Shown here: positions 45,841 through 56,295 of the stretch, one piece after another
Layout: every line of letters begins with the position of its first letter
How positions within the stretch are numbered: the first letter of the stretch is position 1
NCBI GenBank assembly: GCA_002449785.1
Contig: DJXP01000019.1
Location: forward strand, 7,287-71,286
Direction: 5' to 3'
DNA length: 64,000 nucleotides
DNA from: Clostridiales bacterium UBA7001
GTDB lineage: Bacteria > Bacillota > Clostridia > TANB77 > CAG-508
Notes under the pieces: generated by a model
Told to the model about the DNA's origin: nothing
Databases searched by the model: none
What the model saw: the letters and a program-made list of their open reading frames with translations, nothing else
Position numbers and translations under genes: made by a program

Positions 45841-47095
45841 CTATTTTTCTTTCGATTTTTGCTCCAAGTTTTCTGAATTTTTCTTCTATATTTTCATATC
45901 CACGATCTATATGATTTAGGTTATATATTTCAGTTTTTCCTTTTGCTACAATTCCTGCGATAATAAGTGCTGCACCTGCTCTTAAATCTGTGGCGTAAAC
46001 TGGGGCTGCAACTAATTCATTTACACCTTCAAATACAGCAGTTTTTCCTTGAGCATTAATTTTTGCACCCATTTTGTTTAATTCAACTGTATATTGGAAT
46101 CTGGATTCCCAAATACTTTCATTTATATAACTTGTTCCTTCAGATATTGATAAAAGTACACCCATTTGTGCTTGTAGGTCTGTAGGAAATCCTGGATATG
46201 GTAATGTTTTTATATTTGCTTTATGTGTTCTTTTTGAATACCAAACTCTTAAATGATCTCCGTTAGCATCTACATTACCACCAACCTCTTCAATTTTTGC
46301 TATAATAGATTCTAAGTGTTTTGTAATACAATTTTTTACTATAATATCACCTTTAGAGGCAACTGCTGCAATCATAAATGTTCCAGCTTCTATTTGGTCT
46401 GGAACAACTGAATATGTAGCTCCACCTTTTAATTCTTTTACACCATTAATTTTTATTATATCTGTTCCTGCACCTCTTATATCTGCTCCCATAGTATTTA
46501 AAAAGTTTGCAACATCAACAATATGTGGCTCTTTAGCAGCATTATCAATTACTGTAGTTCCTTCTGCTAAAACTGATGCTATCATTGCATTTATTGTAGC
46601 ACCAACAGAAACAACATCCATATATATAGATGCGCCTTTTAATTTTTTTGCTTTTGCTGTAATATTTCCATTAGAAACATCAACTGTAGCTCCTAATGCT
46701 TCGAAACTTTTAATATGTTGGTCAATAGGTCTTGGACCTAAATTACATCCACCAGGCACTCCTATTTGTGCTGATTTACATCTTCCAAGTAATGCTCCAA
46801 GTAAATAATAAGAAGCTCTGAATTTTCTTGTAGTTTCTATTGGAACATTATTTGCATTTATATCTCTTGTATCTATTGTTATTTCATGTTCTGTATGCCA
46901 TGTTATTTTTGCCCCAAGGCTTTCTAATATTTCACAATATAATTTTACATCACTTATATTAGGTAAGTTTTCTATTGTACAAATTCCATTTATTAATAAA
47001 GTTGCTGGTATTATTGCAACTGCAGCGTTTTTAGCACCACTAATAACTACTTCACCCTTTAAAGGTGTTTTACCAGTAATAACTAACTTTTCCAA
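45830..47095 (-). CDS. murA: UDP-N-acetylglucosamine 1-carboxyvinyltransferase
   Basis: EPSP-synthase fold; active-site Cys region GCNLGPRPID; conserved N-terminus LEKLVITG begins at a TTG 6 nt after a GGGGGAA RBS (ORF-track ATG 60 nt upstream probably not used). Confidence 0.85.
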   Translation of the reverse strand: MEKLVITGKTPLKGEVVISGAKNAAVAIIPATLLINGICTIENLPNISDVKLYCEILESLGAKITWHTEHEITIDTRDINANNVPIETTRKFRASYYLLGALLGRCKSAQIGVPGGCNLGPRPIDQHIKSFEALGATVDVSNGNITAKAKKLKGASIYMDVVSVGATINAMIASVLAEGTTVIDNAAKEPHIVDVANFLNTMGADIRGAGTDIIKINGVKELKGGATYSVVPDQIEAGTFMIAAVASKGDIIVKNCITKHLESIIAKIEEVGGNVDANGDHLRVWYSKRTHKANIKTLPYPGFPTDLQAQMGVLLSISEGTSYINESIWESRFQYTVELNKMGAKINAQGKTAVFEGVNELVAAPVYATDLRAGAALIIAGIVAKGKTEIYNLNHIDRGYENIEEKFRKLGAKIERKIVEE

Positions 47096-47240
47096 AATGT
47101 ATTCCCCCAATTTATTTTTTTTAGAGCGTAAAATTCTCAATATGGAATATATCACAAAAAAAAAAGAAAGACAATATGTTTAATTAAAAAATTAGTTTCT
47201 TGTATATTTTGAAGTTACAATTCATACCAATTAACTAGTC

Positions 47241-47882
47241 TTAAGTATATCTTAAAGGCCGTGAATTGTAACATTTAGAAATTAATTCTACTATTTTAAA
47301 TTTTATTTTAATATCCTCATTACCTTTAGAAATTAGAATATATTCATCATCTGTTAAGTTGTTTTTTAGATATTCTTGAGATTCTTCATCTATAACTCCA
47401 GAAGAAACATCTGTAAAGCAAAGTGGTGGATATAAAGAGCACCACCAATTTTTTCCCTTTGCATCTCCAATATTTATTTTAAGAGCGTCATAATATCCAG
47501 ATGGAAGAGATATATTTCCATAATATTTTGTTGGAAAATAATAGTTTCCTATTTCTAAATTGCAAGAATATTTGAAGCCATTATCTCTAATAGTTTCTTC
47601 TACAGTTCTTTTTAAATTATTCAAATTTTCTTCAGTTATATTAATTGCTTGTTCTTTTGATAAATTATTATAATTTAAAGTATTCATATATGAAATTACA
47701 GCATCTCTAATTTTTAGTTTTAATTCCTGATCTTCTTTACTATTGCTATTTGCTATAATATGAAGTCTAAAAAAATTATCTGATAAATCACTTGAAACTG
47801 AACTTGCATAAGAAACAAAAGTGACAAATAAAAATAAAAAAAATAATAAAAAAAGTATAAAAATAGACTTGATTTTTTGCAT
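47241..47882 (-). CDS. spoIIR: stage II sporulation protein R
   Basis: Signal peptide, RLHIIANSNSKEDQELKLKIRD and KNWWCSLYPPLCF signature regions. Confidence 0.8.
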   Translation of the reverse strand: MQKIKSIFILFLLFFLFLFVTFVSYASSVSSDLSDNFFRLHIIANSNSKEDQELKLKIRDAVISYMNTLNYNNLSKEQAINITEENLNNLKRTVEETIRDNGFKYSCNLEIGNYYFPTKYYGNISLPSGYYDALKINIGDAKGKNWWCSLYPPLCFTDVSSGVIDEESQEYLKNNLTDDEYILISKGNEDIKIKFKIVELISKCYNSRPLRYT

Positions 47883-48072
47883 TATATTAACTCCTTTAAA
47901 GAATTTAATTACAAGAAAAATAAGTAACTAATATAGTAAGTATTTGCAGTAAAAGGAAAATTATGCAAAATTTTTTTTATAATTGTGTCGAAAAAGGTGG
48001 TACGAATTTAATTGCCATGTTGTAACACAAATGATAAAATTGTAACAGTTTTGTTATATGGAGGTTTAATTT

Positions 48073-48543
48073 ATGAAAAATCAAAAGATTTGTACTTTTT
48101 TTGTGAGCGAATATCACTTATTAACAATAATTTTGCCATATATAAATAAAACAATAAATGAAGAAAAAGATGTTGCAGTAATATTAGAAAGGGATATTAC
48201 TAAGAGTGTAAAAAAATATTTGAAAATAGTTGAACAATATGATTTTAATGCTGAAAAGCTTTTGAGCTTAGATTGGAAGAAAGAGAGTAAGGAAATTTAC
48301 CAAAGAGATTTATCTAATAGTGAAGTATTTATAATAGGAAGTCAAAAATTTATAAAAAAAATAAACAGTAAATTAAATGTAAAAGTTACAAGTAAAATTA
48401 TAGATTGTTACTATATAAATAAATTAGAAAATATAAATAAAATACCAGAAAATTATGAATATGTTTTGAAAACATATGGTATATGTGACATAAAAAATTC
48501 ACAAAATATACAAGAAAGAAAAACAATAAATTCACATATATAA
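48073..48543 (+). CDS. hypothetical protein (156 aa)
   Basis: GGAGG RBS; no recognisable motif. Confidence 0.4.
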   Translation: MKNQKICTFFVSEYHLLTIILPYINKTINEEKDVAVILERDITKSVKKYLKIVEQYDFNAEKLLSLDWKKESKEIYQRDLSNSEVFIIGSQKFIKKINSKLNVKVTSKIIDCYYINKLENINKIPENYEYVLKTYGICDIKNSQNIQERKTINSHI

Positions 48544-48621
48544 AATAGTATGTGAATATTAGAATAGTAGTTTTTTTGTCTAAAATACTAGAGTACTAAG
48601 CAAAACTAAAGATTATAAGAC

Positions 48622-48651
48622 TTGACAAAATAAGTTAATATAATAGATGAG
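48622..48651 (+). promoter_or_regulatory. candidate sigma-A promoter (TTGACA-17-TATAAT) for the 998 aa gene
   Basis: cTTGACAaaataagttaatataatag. Confidence 0.4.
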
Positions 48652-48706
48652 TTGACTAAAATTAAAAAATGATATAAGATTAACGAAATATTCTAAATTT
48701 CATTTT

Positions 48707-51703
48707 ATGAATTTATTGAAAGGAGTAAAAAACATAATGAAAGATGAACTTAAAAATGTAAAAGAAACTTTAAAACAATATGGTCAAGAACATTTACTAT
48801 TAAAATATGATGAAATGGATGATAACGGGAAAAAGGAATTGTTAGATCAAATTAATACAATTGATTTTGATTTAATGAAGAATTTATATGAACAAGCCAA
48901 AAAACCTATAGAATATAATAATGTTACTATAGAACCAATAGAGCATGTTGATAAAGCTAAGCTTACTGTAACTGAAAAAGAAATGTATGAAAAAAAGGGT
49001 ATTGAAGCTATAAAATATAATAAGCTTGCTCTTGTTACAATGGCTGGTGGTCAAGGAACAAGACTTGGACATAAAGGACCAAAAGGTACATTTATATTCT
49101 ATCCTGAAAAAAATAAATCAATATTTGAAGCGTTATCAGATACAATAAAAGAAGCTTGGAGAAAATATGATACCGTTATTCCATGGTACTTAATGACAAG
49201 TAGAGAAAATAATGATGCAACGGTTCAATTTTTTGAAGAAAATAACTATTTTGGTTATCCAAAAGAAGCTGTAAAATTCTTTACTCAAGGTGAACTTCCA
49301 ATGGTTGGTTTAGACGGAAAGATTTTACTTGATAAAGATGGTAAAGTTAAAAAAGCTGCAAATGGTCATGGCGGAACACTATTTTCTATGGAAAAATGTG
49401 GCGTTTTAGATGAAATGAAAGCAAATGGAATTGAATGGGTATTTATAAATGGTGTTGATAATGTTTTAGTAAAACCAGTTGACCCATTATTAATAGGTAT
49501 GTCTATTCATAATAAAGTTTTAGGTTCTGTAAAATCAATAGAAAAAATTGACCCAAAAGAAAAAGTTGGTGTATTTTGTAGAAAGAATAAAAAAGTTGGT
49601 GTTGTTGAATATTCAGAAATATCTGATGAAATGGCAAATTTAAGAGATGATGATAGATCACTTGTATATGGAGATGCAAATGCTATTTTCCATTTATATA
49701 ATATAAAAGGTTTAGAAAAAGTAAGTAAATTAAAACTTCCATATCATACTGCACTTAAAAAAGCAGAATATATGGATGAAAACGGAAAGATAATAAAAAG
49801 TGATAAACCAAATGCATATAAATTTGAGATGTTTATATTTGACTCATATGAAATGTTTGATGATGTTGTTGTTTTGAGAGTTAAAAGAGAAGAAGAATTT
49901 GCTCCTATTAAAAATGCTGTTGGACAAGATAGTCCAGAAACAGCTAGAAAACTATATAAAGATTATATAAATAAAGTTGAATATACTAAAAAATATAGAG
50001 ATTGGACTACAAATCCTATATTTGATAGTGAAACTAGACAAGAACTATTAAAAATTGCTGGTGATGAAGAGGAAATTAAAGATAGATTCTATAAAGACTT
50101 AGAATTTGGAACAGCAGGAATGAGAGGAGTTATTGGTAATGGTACAAATAGAATGAATATTTATACTGTTACTAAAGCAACACAAGGCTTAGCAAATTAT
50201 ATTTTAAAAATGGGAACAGAATCTAAAGGTGTTGTTATAGCTTATGATTCAAGAAATATGTCACCTGAATTTAGTAAAGAGACTGCACTTTGCTTAAATG
50301 CTAATGGAATAAAAACATATTTATTTGATTCATTAAGACCAGTTCCAGAACTATCTTTCGCAGTAAGAGAACTTGGATGCACAGCTGGAATAATGATTAC
50401 AGCAAGTCATAATCCACCAGAATATAATGGATATAAAGTATATTGGGATGACGGTGCTCAAATTGTTGCTCCACATGATAAAGGTATTATTGCTGAAGTT
50501 AATAAAGTTAGAGATTATTCATTAATTAGAAAAATATCTATAGAAGAAGCAAAGAAATTAAGACTATATAATGTAATAGGAAAAGCTATGGATAAACTTT
50601 ATTTAAATGCAATTAAGAAACAAGTTTTAAATCCAGAAGTTATAAAAGATGTACAAAAAGATTTAAATATTGTATATACACCTTTACATGGAACAGGAAA
50701 CATACCTGTACAAAGTGTTCTAGAAGATTTGGGATTTTCAAATGTTTTTGTTGTCCCTGAACAAGAACTTCCAAATGGAAGTTTTCCAACAGTAGATTAT
50801 CCTAACCCAGAAGATATTAAAGCATTTGATTTAGCACTTAAACTTGCTAAAAAACAAAATGCAGAGCTTGTTTTAGCTACTGACCCAGATGCAGATAGAT
50901 TAGGAGTTCTTGCTAAAGATTCAAAAACAGGTGAATATAAATCTTTTACTGGAAACATGTCTGGACTTTTAATTGCTGAATATGTATTATCACAAAAGAA
51001 AGAAAAAGGAATACTTCCAAAAAATGGAGCACTAATTACAACAATAGTTTCTTCAAATTTAGCATCAGCTATTGCTAAAGAATATAAAGCTAAGTTTATT
51101 GAAGTATTAACTGGATTTAAATATATAGGAGAGCAAATTAGAAAATTTGAAGAAACAGGTTCAAATGAGTATTTATTTGGTTTTGAGGAAAGTTATGGAT
51201 GTTTAGTAGGAACACATAGCAGAGATAAAGATGCTATTGTAGCAGTAATGCTTTTATGTGAAGCAGCAGCATATTATAAGAAAAAAGGTCTTACATTGTG
51301 GGATCAAATGATTAATATCTATGAAAAATATGGATATTATAAAGAAGGTATTTCTACTATTACACTTAAAGGTGCTGATGGTGCTGAAAAAATGAAAGAG
51401 CTAATGGATAGCATTAGAAACAATCCTCCAAAAGCATTAGGTGGATATAAAGTTACTAAAATAAGAGACTATAAGTCAGGAAAAATTTTAGATGTTAAAA
51501 CAGGAAAAGAAACAGAAACTGGACTTCCAACATCAAATGTAATTTATTTTAATTTAGAAGATGATAGTTGGTGCTGCGTAAGACCTTCTGGAACAGAGCC
51601 AAAAATTAAGTTCTATATGGGTGTTAAAGGAACATCAATGAAGGATTCTGAAAAGAAATTGGAAAAATTACAAGCTGATGTATTAAAATTAAGTGAGAAG
51701 TAA
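48707..51703 (+). CDS. bifunctional fusion: N-terminal UDP-sugar pyrophosphorylase (UDPGP/UAP-type nucleotidyltransferase) and C-terminal phosphoglucomutase/phosphomannomutase (alpha-D-phosphohexomutase)
   Basis: LVTMAGGQGTRLGHKGPKGTF (UDPGP family signature) at about residue 110; from about residue 470 GTAGMRGVIG, phosphoserine loop TASHNPPEYNGYKV, and DPDADR metal-binding loop. Confidence 0.75.
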   Translation: MNLLKGVKNIMKDELKNVKETLKQYGQEHLLLKYDEMDDNGKKELLDQINTIDFDLMKNLYEQAKKPIEYNNVTIEPIEHVDKAKLTVTEKEMYEKKGIEAIKYNKLALVTMAGGQGTRLGHKGPKGTFIFYPEKNKSIFEALSDTIKEAWRKYDTVIPWYLMTSRENNDATVQFFEENNYFGYPKEAVKFFTQGELPMVGLDGKILLDKDGKVKKAANGHGGTLFSMEKCGVLDEMKANGIEWVFINGVDNVLVKPVDPLLIGMSIHNKVLGSVKSIEKIDPKEKVGVFCRKNKKVGVVEYSEISDEMANLRDDDRSLVYGDANAIFHLYNIKGLEKVSKLKLPYHTALKKAEYMDENGKIIKSDKPNAYKFEMFIFDSYEMFDDVVVLRVKREEEFAPIKNAVGQDSPETARKLYKDYINKVEYTKKYRDWTTNPIFDSETRQELLKIAGDEEEIKDRFYKDLEFGTAGMRGVIGNGTNRMNIYTVTKATQGLANYILKMGTESKGVVIAYDSRNMSPEFSKETALCLNANGIKTYLFDSLRPVPELSFAVRELGCTAGIMITASHNPPEYNGYKVYWDDGAQIVAPHDKGIIAEVNKVRDYSLIRKISIEEAKKLRLYNVIGKAMDKLYLNAIKKQVLNPEVIKDVQKDLNIVYTPLHGTGNIPVQSVLEDLGFSNVFVVPEQELPNGSFPTVDYPNPEDIKAFDLALKLAKKQNAELVLATDPDADRLGVLAKDSKTGEYKSFTGNMSGLLIAEYVLSQKKEKGILPKNGALITTIVSSNLASAIAKEYKAKFIEVLTGFKYIGEQIRKFEETGSNEYLFGFEESYGCLVGTHSRDKDAIVAVMLLCEAAAYYKKKGLTLWDQMINIYEKYGYYKEGISTITLKGADGAEKMKELMDSIRNNPPKALGGYKVTKIRDYKSGKILDVKTGKETETGLPTSNVIYFNLEDDSWCCVRPSGTEPKIKFYMGVKGTSMKDSEKKLEKLQADVLKLSEK

Positions 51704-51795
51704 AATAAAAAAATTACAAAAAAGTGTTGACAAGTGCAAAAAAATAGTGTAAGATATAAAGGCAGTTACGAAAGTGACTGCCATACATTTTGTAT

Positions 51796-51871
51796 GGGCT
51801 ATTAGCTCAGGTGGTAGAGCACTTGACTTTTAATCAAGTTGTCCCGCGTTCGAGTCGCGGATAGCTCACCA
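51796..51871 (+). tRNA. tRNA-Lys (anticodon UUU)
   Basis: GGGCTAT/ATAGCTC acceptor, anticodon loop cTTTTAa, GTTCGAGTC T-loop, CCA. Confidence 0.85.
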
Positions 51872-51897
51872 AAGAATATCTTTAAGATATTCTTTAT

Positions 51898-51972
51898 GGC
51901 CCCTTGGTCAAGCGGTTAAGACATCGCCCTTTCACGGCGGAGACATGGGTTCGATTCCCGTAGGGGTCACCA
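51898..51972 (+). tRNA. tRNA-Glu (anticodon UUC)
   Basis: GGCCCCT/AGGGGTC acceptor, anticodon loop cTTTCAc, GGTTCGATTCC, CCA. Confidence 0.85.
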
Positions 51973-51996
51973 ATTGTACATTACACAATTGAATAT

Positions 51997-52304
<308 letters not shown>

Positions 52305-52398
52305 TAAAAGAAGGCTGGTATTTCGATAGGATTTACTAGTCTTTTTTTTATAAAAAGAGAAAAACCGTATTGACCTATAAAACGAAACTGTATAAAAT

Positions 52399-52803
52399 AT
52401 GAATATGAAAAATTGTATAAATTGTAATAAGAAGATACCAAATAGAAATAAGTATTGTTCTATACATTGTCAAAAGGAATTTGAATATAAAAAGTATATT
52501 ATTGACTGGAAAAATGGTATAAAGGACGGATTAAGAGGAGACTATCAAATATCTCAGCATATTAGAAAATATTTGATGGAAAAGTATAATTGCAAGTGCA
52601 GTTTGTGTGGTTGGAGTAAGATTAATGTATATACAAATAATATTCCTCTTGAAATAGACCATATTGATGGAAATTATCAAAATAATAAAGAAAATAATTT
52701 AAGATTGTTATGCCCAAACTGTCATTCTTTAACAGAAACATATAAGGGGGCTAATTTAGACTATGGAAGAAAAATGAGAAAAAAATATTATGAAAAAATG
52801 TAA
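52399..52803 (+). CDS. HNH endonuclease with zinc-finger-like Cys pairs (free-standing, homing-endonuclease-like)
   Basis: CINCNKK...CSIHC and CKCSLC...EIDHIDGNYQNNKENNLRLLCPNCH (HNH/His-Me finger). Confidence 0.75.
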   Translation: MNMKNCINCNKKIPNRNKYCSIHCQKEFEYKKYIIDWKNGIKDGLRGDYQISQHIRKYLMEKYNCKCSLCGWSKINVYTNNIPLEIDHIDGNYQNNKENNLRLLCPNCHSLTETYKGANLDYGRKMRKKYYEKM

Positions 52804-52820
52804 AGAAAGGCCAATGTGTT

Positions 52821-54419
52821 ATGAAAAAAACAAAAATTTTTACACCAGATGAAACTTTAGATAAATTTTTAAAGTGGTTTGATTTTAAAAAGAGATTAGC
52901 ATTTATAACAGCTTTTGTAATTGGCTTTATAACTCATATTTCAATGATAACAGATTATATAATGAGTCAAGACGGACTTTGGAATTCTGTTCAATACTTT
53001 AGACCAGGGGATTGGGAAATAACTTTGGGCAGATGGGGAATTAATTTAATGCAGAGGTTAAACAATTATATTGCTATTCCAAATTTAACGACAATTTCTT
53101 GTATATTAATAATGTCTGTGGTTGCTGTAATTATAGTAGATTTATTCGATTTAAAAAACAAAACTTCAATAATTATTACATCTTCTATATTAGTAGTTGC
53201 GCCAACATTTTTAGTTACAGTTTTATATATTTATACATCATTATCATACTGTATGTGTTTGCTATTCTCGGTTTTGGCAATATGGAGTATATATAAAATA
53301 AAGAATAAAAAAGTAGCATACATATTATCGGTAATATTTTTTGTTTTATCTTTATCAATCTATCAAAGTTATATAGGACTATCTATTGGACTTTGCTTAA
53401 TGATAAGCATAATAAATATTATAAGAGATGAAAAAAATATAAAAGAAGTACTATTAGAAATTGTAAATGTAGGGATTGCTATTATTATAGCAGGAATAAT
53501 GTATTTAGTAATAACGAAGATTATCTTATGGTTATTATGCTTAGAATTAGCAAGTTACAGAAATGCCGATAAATTTAGTATAATAGATATTATTAAAAAT
53601 CTAAAAATATCATTATTAAAAACGTATAAAGATTTCTTGGCATTTTTCCTTAGAGATAGGATTATATTTAATACCAATTATAGAAGAGAAGTTTTTTATT
53701 TATTATTATTTATTTCAACATTTATTTTAACAGTTACTAAAATAATAAAAATAGACAAAAGAAAAAGATTGATTAATTGTGCTACTTTATTTGTTTTAGC
53801 AATTTTATTGCCAATAGCTTTAAATGTTATAGATATATTATTTATTAATACAGAAATGTATGCTTTAACAGCAGGACAAATGATTTTTATAATTCCATTT
53901 TGTCTAAGTTTAATTGAAAGTGTCGAAAAGTATAATAGTTTAAAGTGGATTAGTATTATTTCATTATTATTTATAATTGGTACATATTATATTGCAGATA
54001 ATACATCATATACAGCTCTTAAAATGACATATAATCAAGCATATGCAACAACAGAAAGATTAATTGATAGAATAGAGAATACTCCAGATTACGATAAATC
54101 TTATCCTATTATTTTTGGAGGAATAATTGGAAATAATAATTTTCCAAGAACCTCAAATATATATCAATATACAATAGGATCTGTTGTAAATAATACAGTG
54201 TTTCATGGTACATATGGTGGACAAGTTGGTACATGGGTAAACTATTTAAAAGTTTATTTCGGAATGGATGTAATTCCTGCTGAGGCAAATTTGTATTATA
54301 CTGTTGTTACAAGTGATGAATATAAAGAAATGGAAATTTTTCCTGCACAAAATTCTATAAAAATAAGAGATGGAATAATAATAGTAAAATTGAGTGATGA
54401 ACCACCCGTTGCATTTTAA
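52821..54419 (+). CDS. polytopic integral membrane protein of unknown function (about 12 TM helices, C-terminal extracytoplasmic domain)
   Basis: Hydrophobicity pattern only. Confidence 0.45.
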   Translation: MKKTKIFTPDETLDKFLKWFDFKKRLAFITAFVIGFITHISMITDYIMSQDGLWNSVQYFRPGDWEITLGRWGINLMQRLNNYIAIPNLTTISCILIMSVVAVIIVDLFDLKNKTSIIITSSILVVAPTFLVTVLYIYTSLSYCMCLLFSVLAIWSIYKIKNKKVAYILSVIFFVLSLSIYQSYIGLSIGLCLMISIINIIRDEKNIKEVLLEIVNVGIAIIIAGIMYLVITKIILWLLCLELASYRNADKFSIIDIIKNLKISLLKTYKDFLAFFLRDRIIFNTNYRREVFYLLLFISTFILTVTKIIKIDKRKRLINCATLFVLAILLPIALNVIDILFINTEMYALTAGQMIFIIPFCLSLIESVEKYNSLKWISIISLLFIIGTYYIADNTSYTALKMTYNQAYATTERLIDRIENTPDYDKSYPIIFGGIIGNNNFPRTSNIYQYTIGSVVNNTVFHGTYGGQVGTWVNYLKVYFGMDVIPAEANLYYTVVTSDEYKEMEIFPAQNSIKIRDGIIIVKLSDEPPVAF

Positions 54420-54428
54420 GGTGAAGAA

Positions 54429-55013
54429 ATGGAAAATATAAAATTTAGTATAAATAAAATAGATGAAAAACTTTACTCAAAAATGTTGGGAAAATCTATC
54501 CTGGCTGAGTATAAAGATAAAGTTAATATTGAAAGTTTAAGATATTTAAAAGTAGGTCATATAGGATTTGATGGTAAATCACATCAAGGAGAAATAATAG
54601 TAAATAGTGCATTAGCAGACGAAGTATTAGAAATATTTAAATCTTTATATGAGAAAGGCTATAAAATAGAAAAGATAAAATTAGTTGATGACTACAATGG
54701 AGATGATAATATATCAATGGCTGATAATAATTCTTCTGCATTCAATTATAGAGTTATTCCAAATACAGATAAACTATCTAATCATGCATTGGGTAGAGCC
54801 ATAGATATCAATCCACTTTATAACCCATATATTGTAGATGATAATGTGTTTCCTCAAGAAGGCGTGGAATATGTAGATAGAACACAAAAGGATGATAGAT
54901 TTATTAGAAAAAATGATTTGATTTATAATATATTTATAAAATATGGCTGGTCATGGGGCGGAGAATGGACTAATGCAAAAGATTATCAACATTTTGAAAA
55001 AATTGAAAAATAG
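54429..55013 (+). CDS. peptidase M15 family (VanY/D-Ala-D-Ala carboxypeptidase-like)
   Basis: HALGRAIDINP and SWGGEWTNAKDYQHFE zinc-ligand motifs. Confidence 0.7.
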   Translation: MENIKFSINKIDEKLYSKMLGKSILAEYKDKVNIESLRYLKVGHIGFDGKSHQGEIIVNSALADEVLEIFKSLYEKGYKIEKIKLVDDYNGDDNISMADNNSSAFNYRVIPNTDKLSNHALGRAIDINPLYNPYIVDDNVFPQEGVEYVDRTQKDDRFIRKNDLIYNIFIKYGWSWGGEWTNAKDYQHFEKIEK

Positions 55014-55022
55014 GAGAGTATT

Positions 55023-55751
55023 ATGAATAAAGTTGTAATTGTTACAGGAGCAAGTAGAGGAATAGGGAGAAACATTGCATATAATTTAGCAATAGATGGT
55101 TATACAGTTATTGCAAATTATAATAAATCTGAAGAAGAAATAATGAAATTGAAAAATGAACTTATGGGGAAAAATATAAACATAGATATTTATAAAGCGG
55201 ATGTTTCAAAATCAAGAGAGGCAAGAAATCTTATTAATTATGCTATTGAAAGATATAATAAAATAGATGTCTTAATTAATAATGCAGGTATTGCTGAAGA
55301 AAAATTATTTACAGATGTTACTGATGATGATTTTGATATAATGCTAAAAAATAACTTATATTCTGTTTTTTATTTGACTCAAGAAGCAGTAAAATTTATG
55401 CTTAAGGAAAAAAATGGTTTAATAATAAATATATCTTCAATTTATGCTCTTTCAGGTGGATCATGTGAAGTTCCATATTCTATGGCAAAAGCAGGTGTAG
55501 ATGGATTAACTAAAAGTTTAGCCAAAGAACTTGGACCATCAAATATTAGAGTAAATTCTGTTGCACCTGGAGCTATAGATACAGATATGAATAGTAATTT
55601 AACAGAAGAGGATTGGAATGAAGTAAAAAAAGAAACTCCTCTTGGAAAAATTGGAAGACCAATAGATATTACAAGATGTGTAAAATGGTTAATAGAGGAT
55701 GAATTTACAACAGGTCAAGTAATATCTCCAAATGGTGGAATTGTAATATAA
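55023..55751 (+). CDS. short-chain dehydrogenase/reductase (FabG-like 3-oxoacyl-ACP reductase family)
   Basis: VIVTGASRGIGRNIA cofactor motif, NNAG, S-Y-K triad region (YSMAKAG). Confidence 0.8.
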   Translation: MNKVVIVTGASRGIGRNIAYNLAIDGYTVIANYNKSEEEIMKLKNELMGKNINIDIYKADVSKSREARNLINYAIERYNKIDVLINNAGIAEEKLFTDVTDDDFDIMLKNNLYSVFYLTQEAVKFMLKEKNGLIINISSIYALSGGSCEVPYSMAKAGVDGLTKSLAKELGPSNIRVNSVAPGAIDTDMNSNLTEEDWNEVKKETPLGKIGRPIDITRCVKWLIEDEFTTGQVISPNGGIVI

Positions 55752-55783
55752 AAAGAGCTTCTGTGTAGAAACTCTTTTTTATT

Positions 55784-56245
55784 TTATATGCTATTATCTT
55801 CATTTTTCTTTTTATAATTTCCAGTTATAATTTTAGGTATGGTAATTAAGAGTTTGTATATTGCTAATCTCATTTTTTTAGACCAGATGTATGATTTCCT
55901 TAGTCTTCTAGCTGGTTTGTGTTTTTCAATAACTACTAAAGACATTTCAGGATGTTCAACCTCAAAAACATAATCATTTCCGTTATTATTATCCCACTCA
56001 TCTTTATCATTTTTTAAACAAAATCTAAAAGTACCTTTATCTTGTAATTCTATTTCTGTTTGATAACCTAGCTCAGTTTTAATCATTTCATTTTCAGTAA
56101 ATTCTTCCCATGTATCACCAAAAGTGTATTTCATAAATACCTTTTCAGAAGAATCTTGAAAAAACTTTCCAATATAAGAAATTTTAACAGTGTTTCCAGC
56201 TGTTAATCTATCTGTATTAAAAAAAATGTTTTTAACTAATTCCAT
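55784..56245 (-). CDS. hypothetical protein, possible carbohydrate-binding (starch-binding-module-like) beta-sandwich
   Basis: WDNNNGNDY and aromatic-rich pattern reminiscent of CBM20/25/26; weak. Confidence 0.3.
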   Translation of the reverse strand: MELVKNIFFNTDRLTAGNTVKISYIGKFFQDSSEKVFMKYTFGDTWEEFTENEMIKTELGYQTEIELQDKGTFRFCLKNDKDEWDNNNGNDYVFEVEHPEMSLVVIEKHKPARRLRKSYIWSKKMRLAIYKLLITIPKIITGNYKKKNEDNSI

Positions 56246-56295
56246 TAATCTATATAAACATATAATTTAAAAATTATATGACTCCTTCCATTATT

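Noticed and set aside
47096-47155. N-terminal 20 aa extension of murA in the ORF track (MIYSILRILRSKKNKLGEYI)
   Set aside because: The conserved MurA N-terminus (LEKLVITG) starts at a TTG 6 nt after a GGGGGAA RBS that lies inside this extension. The longer ATG start is probably not used.
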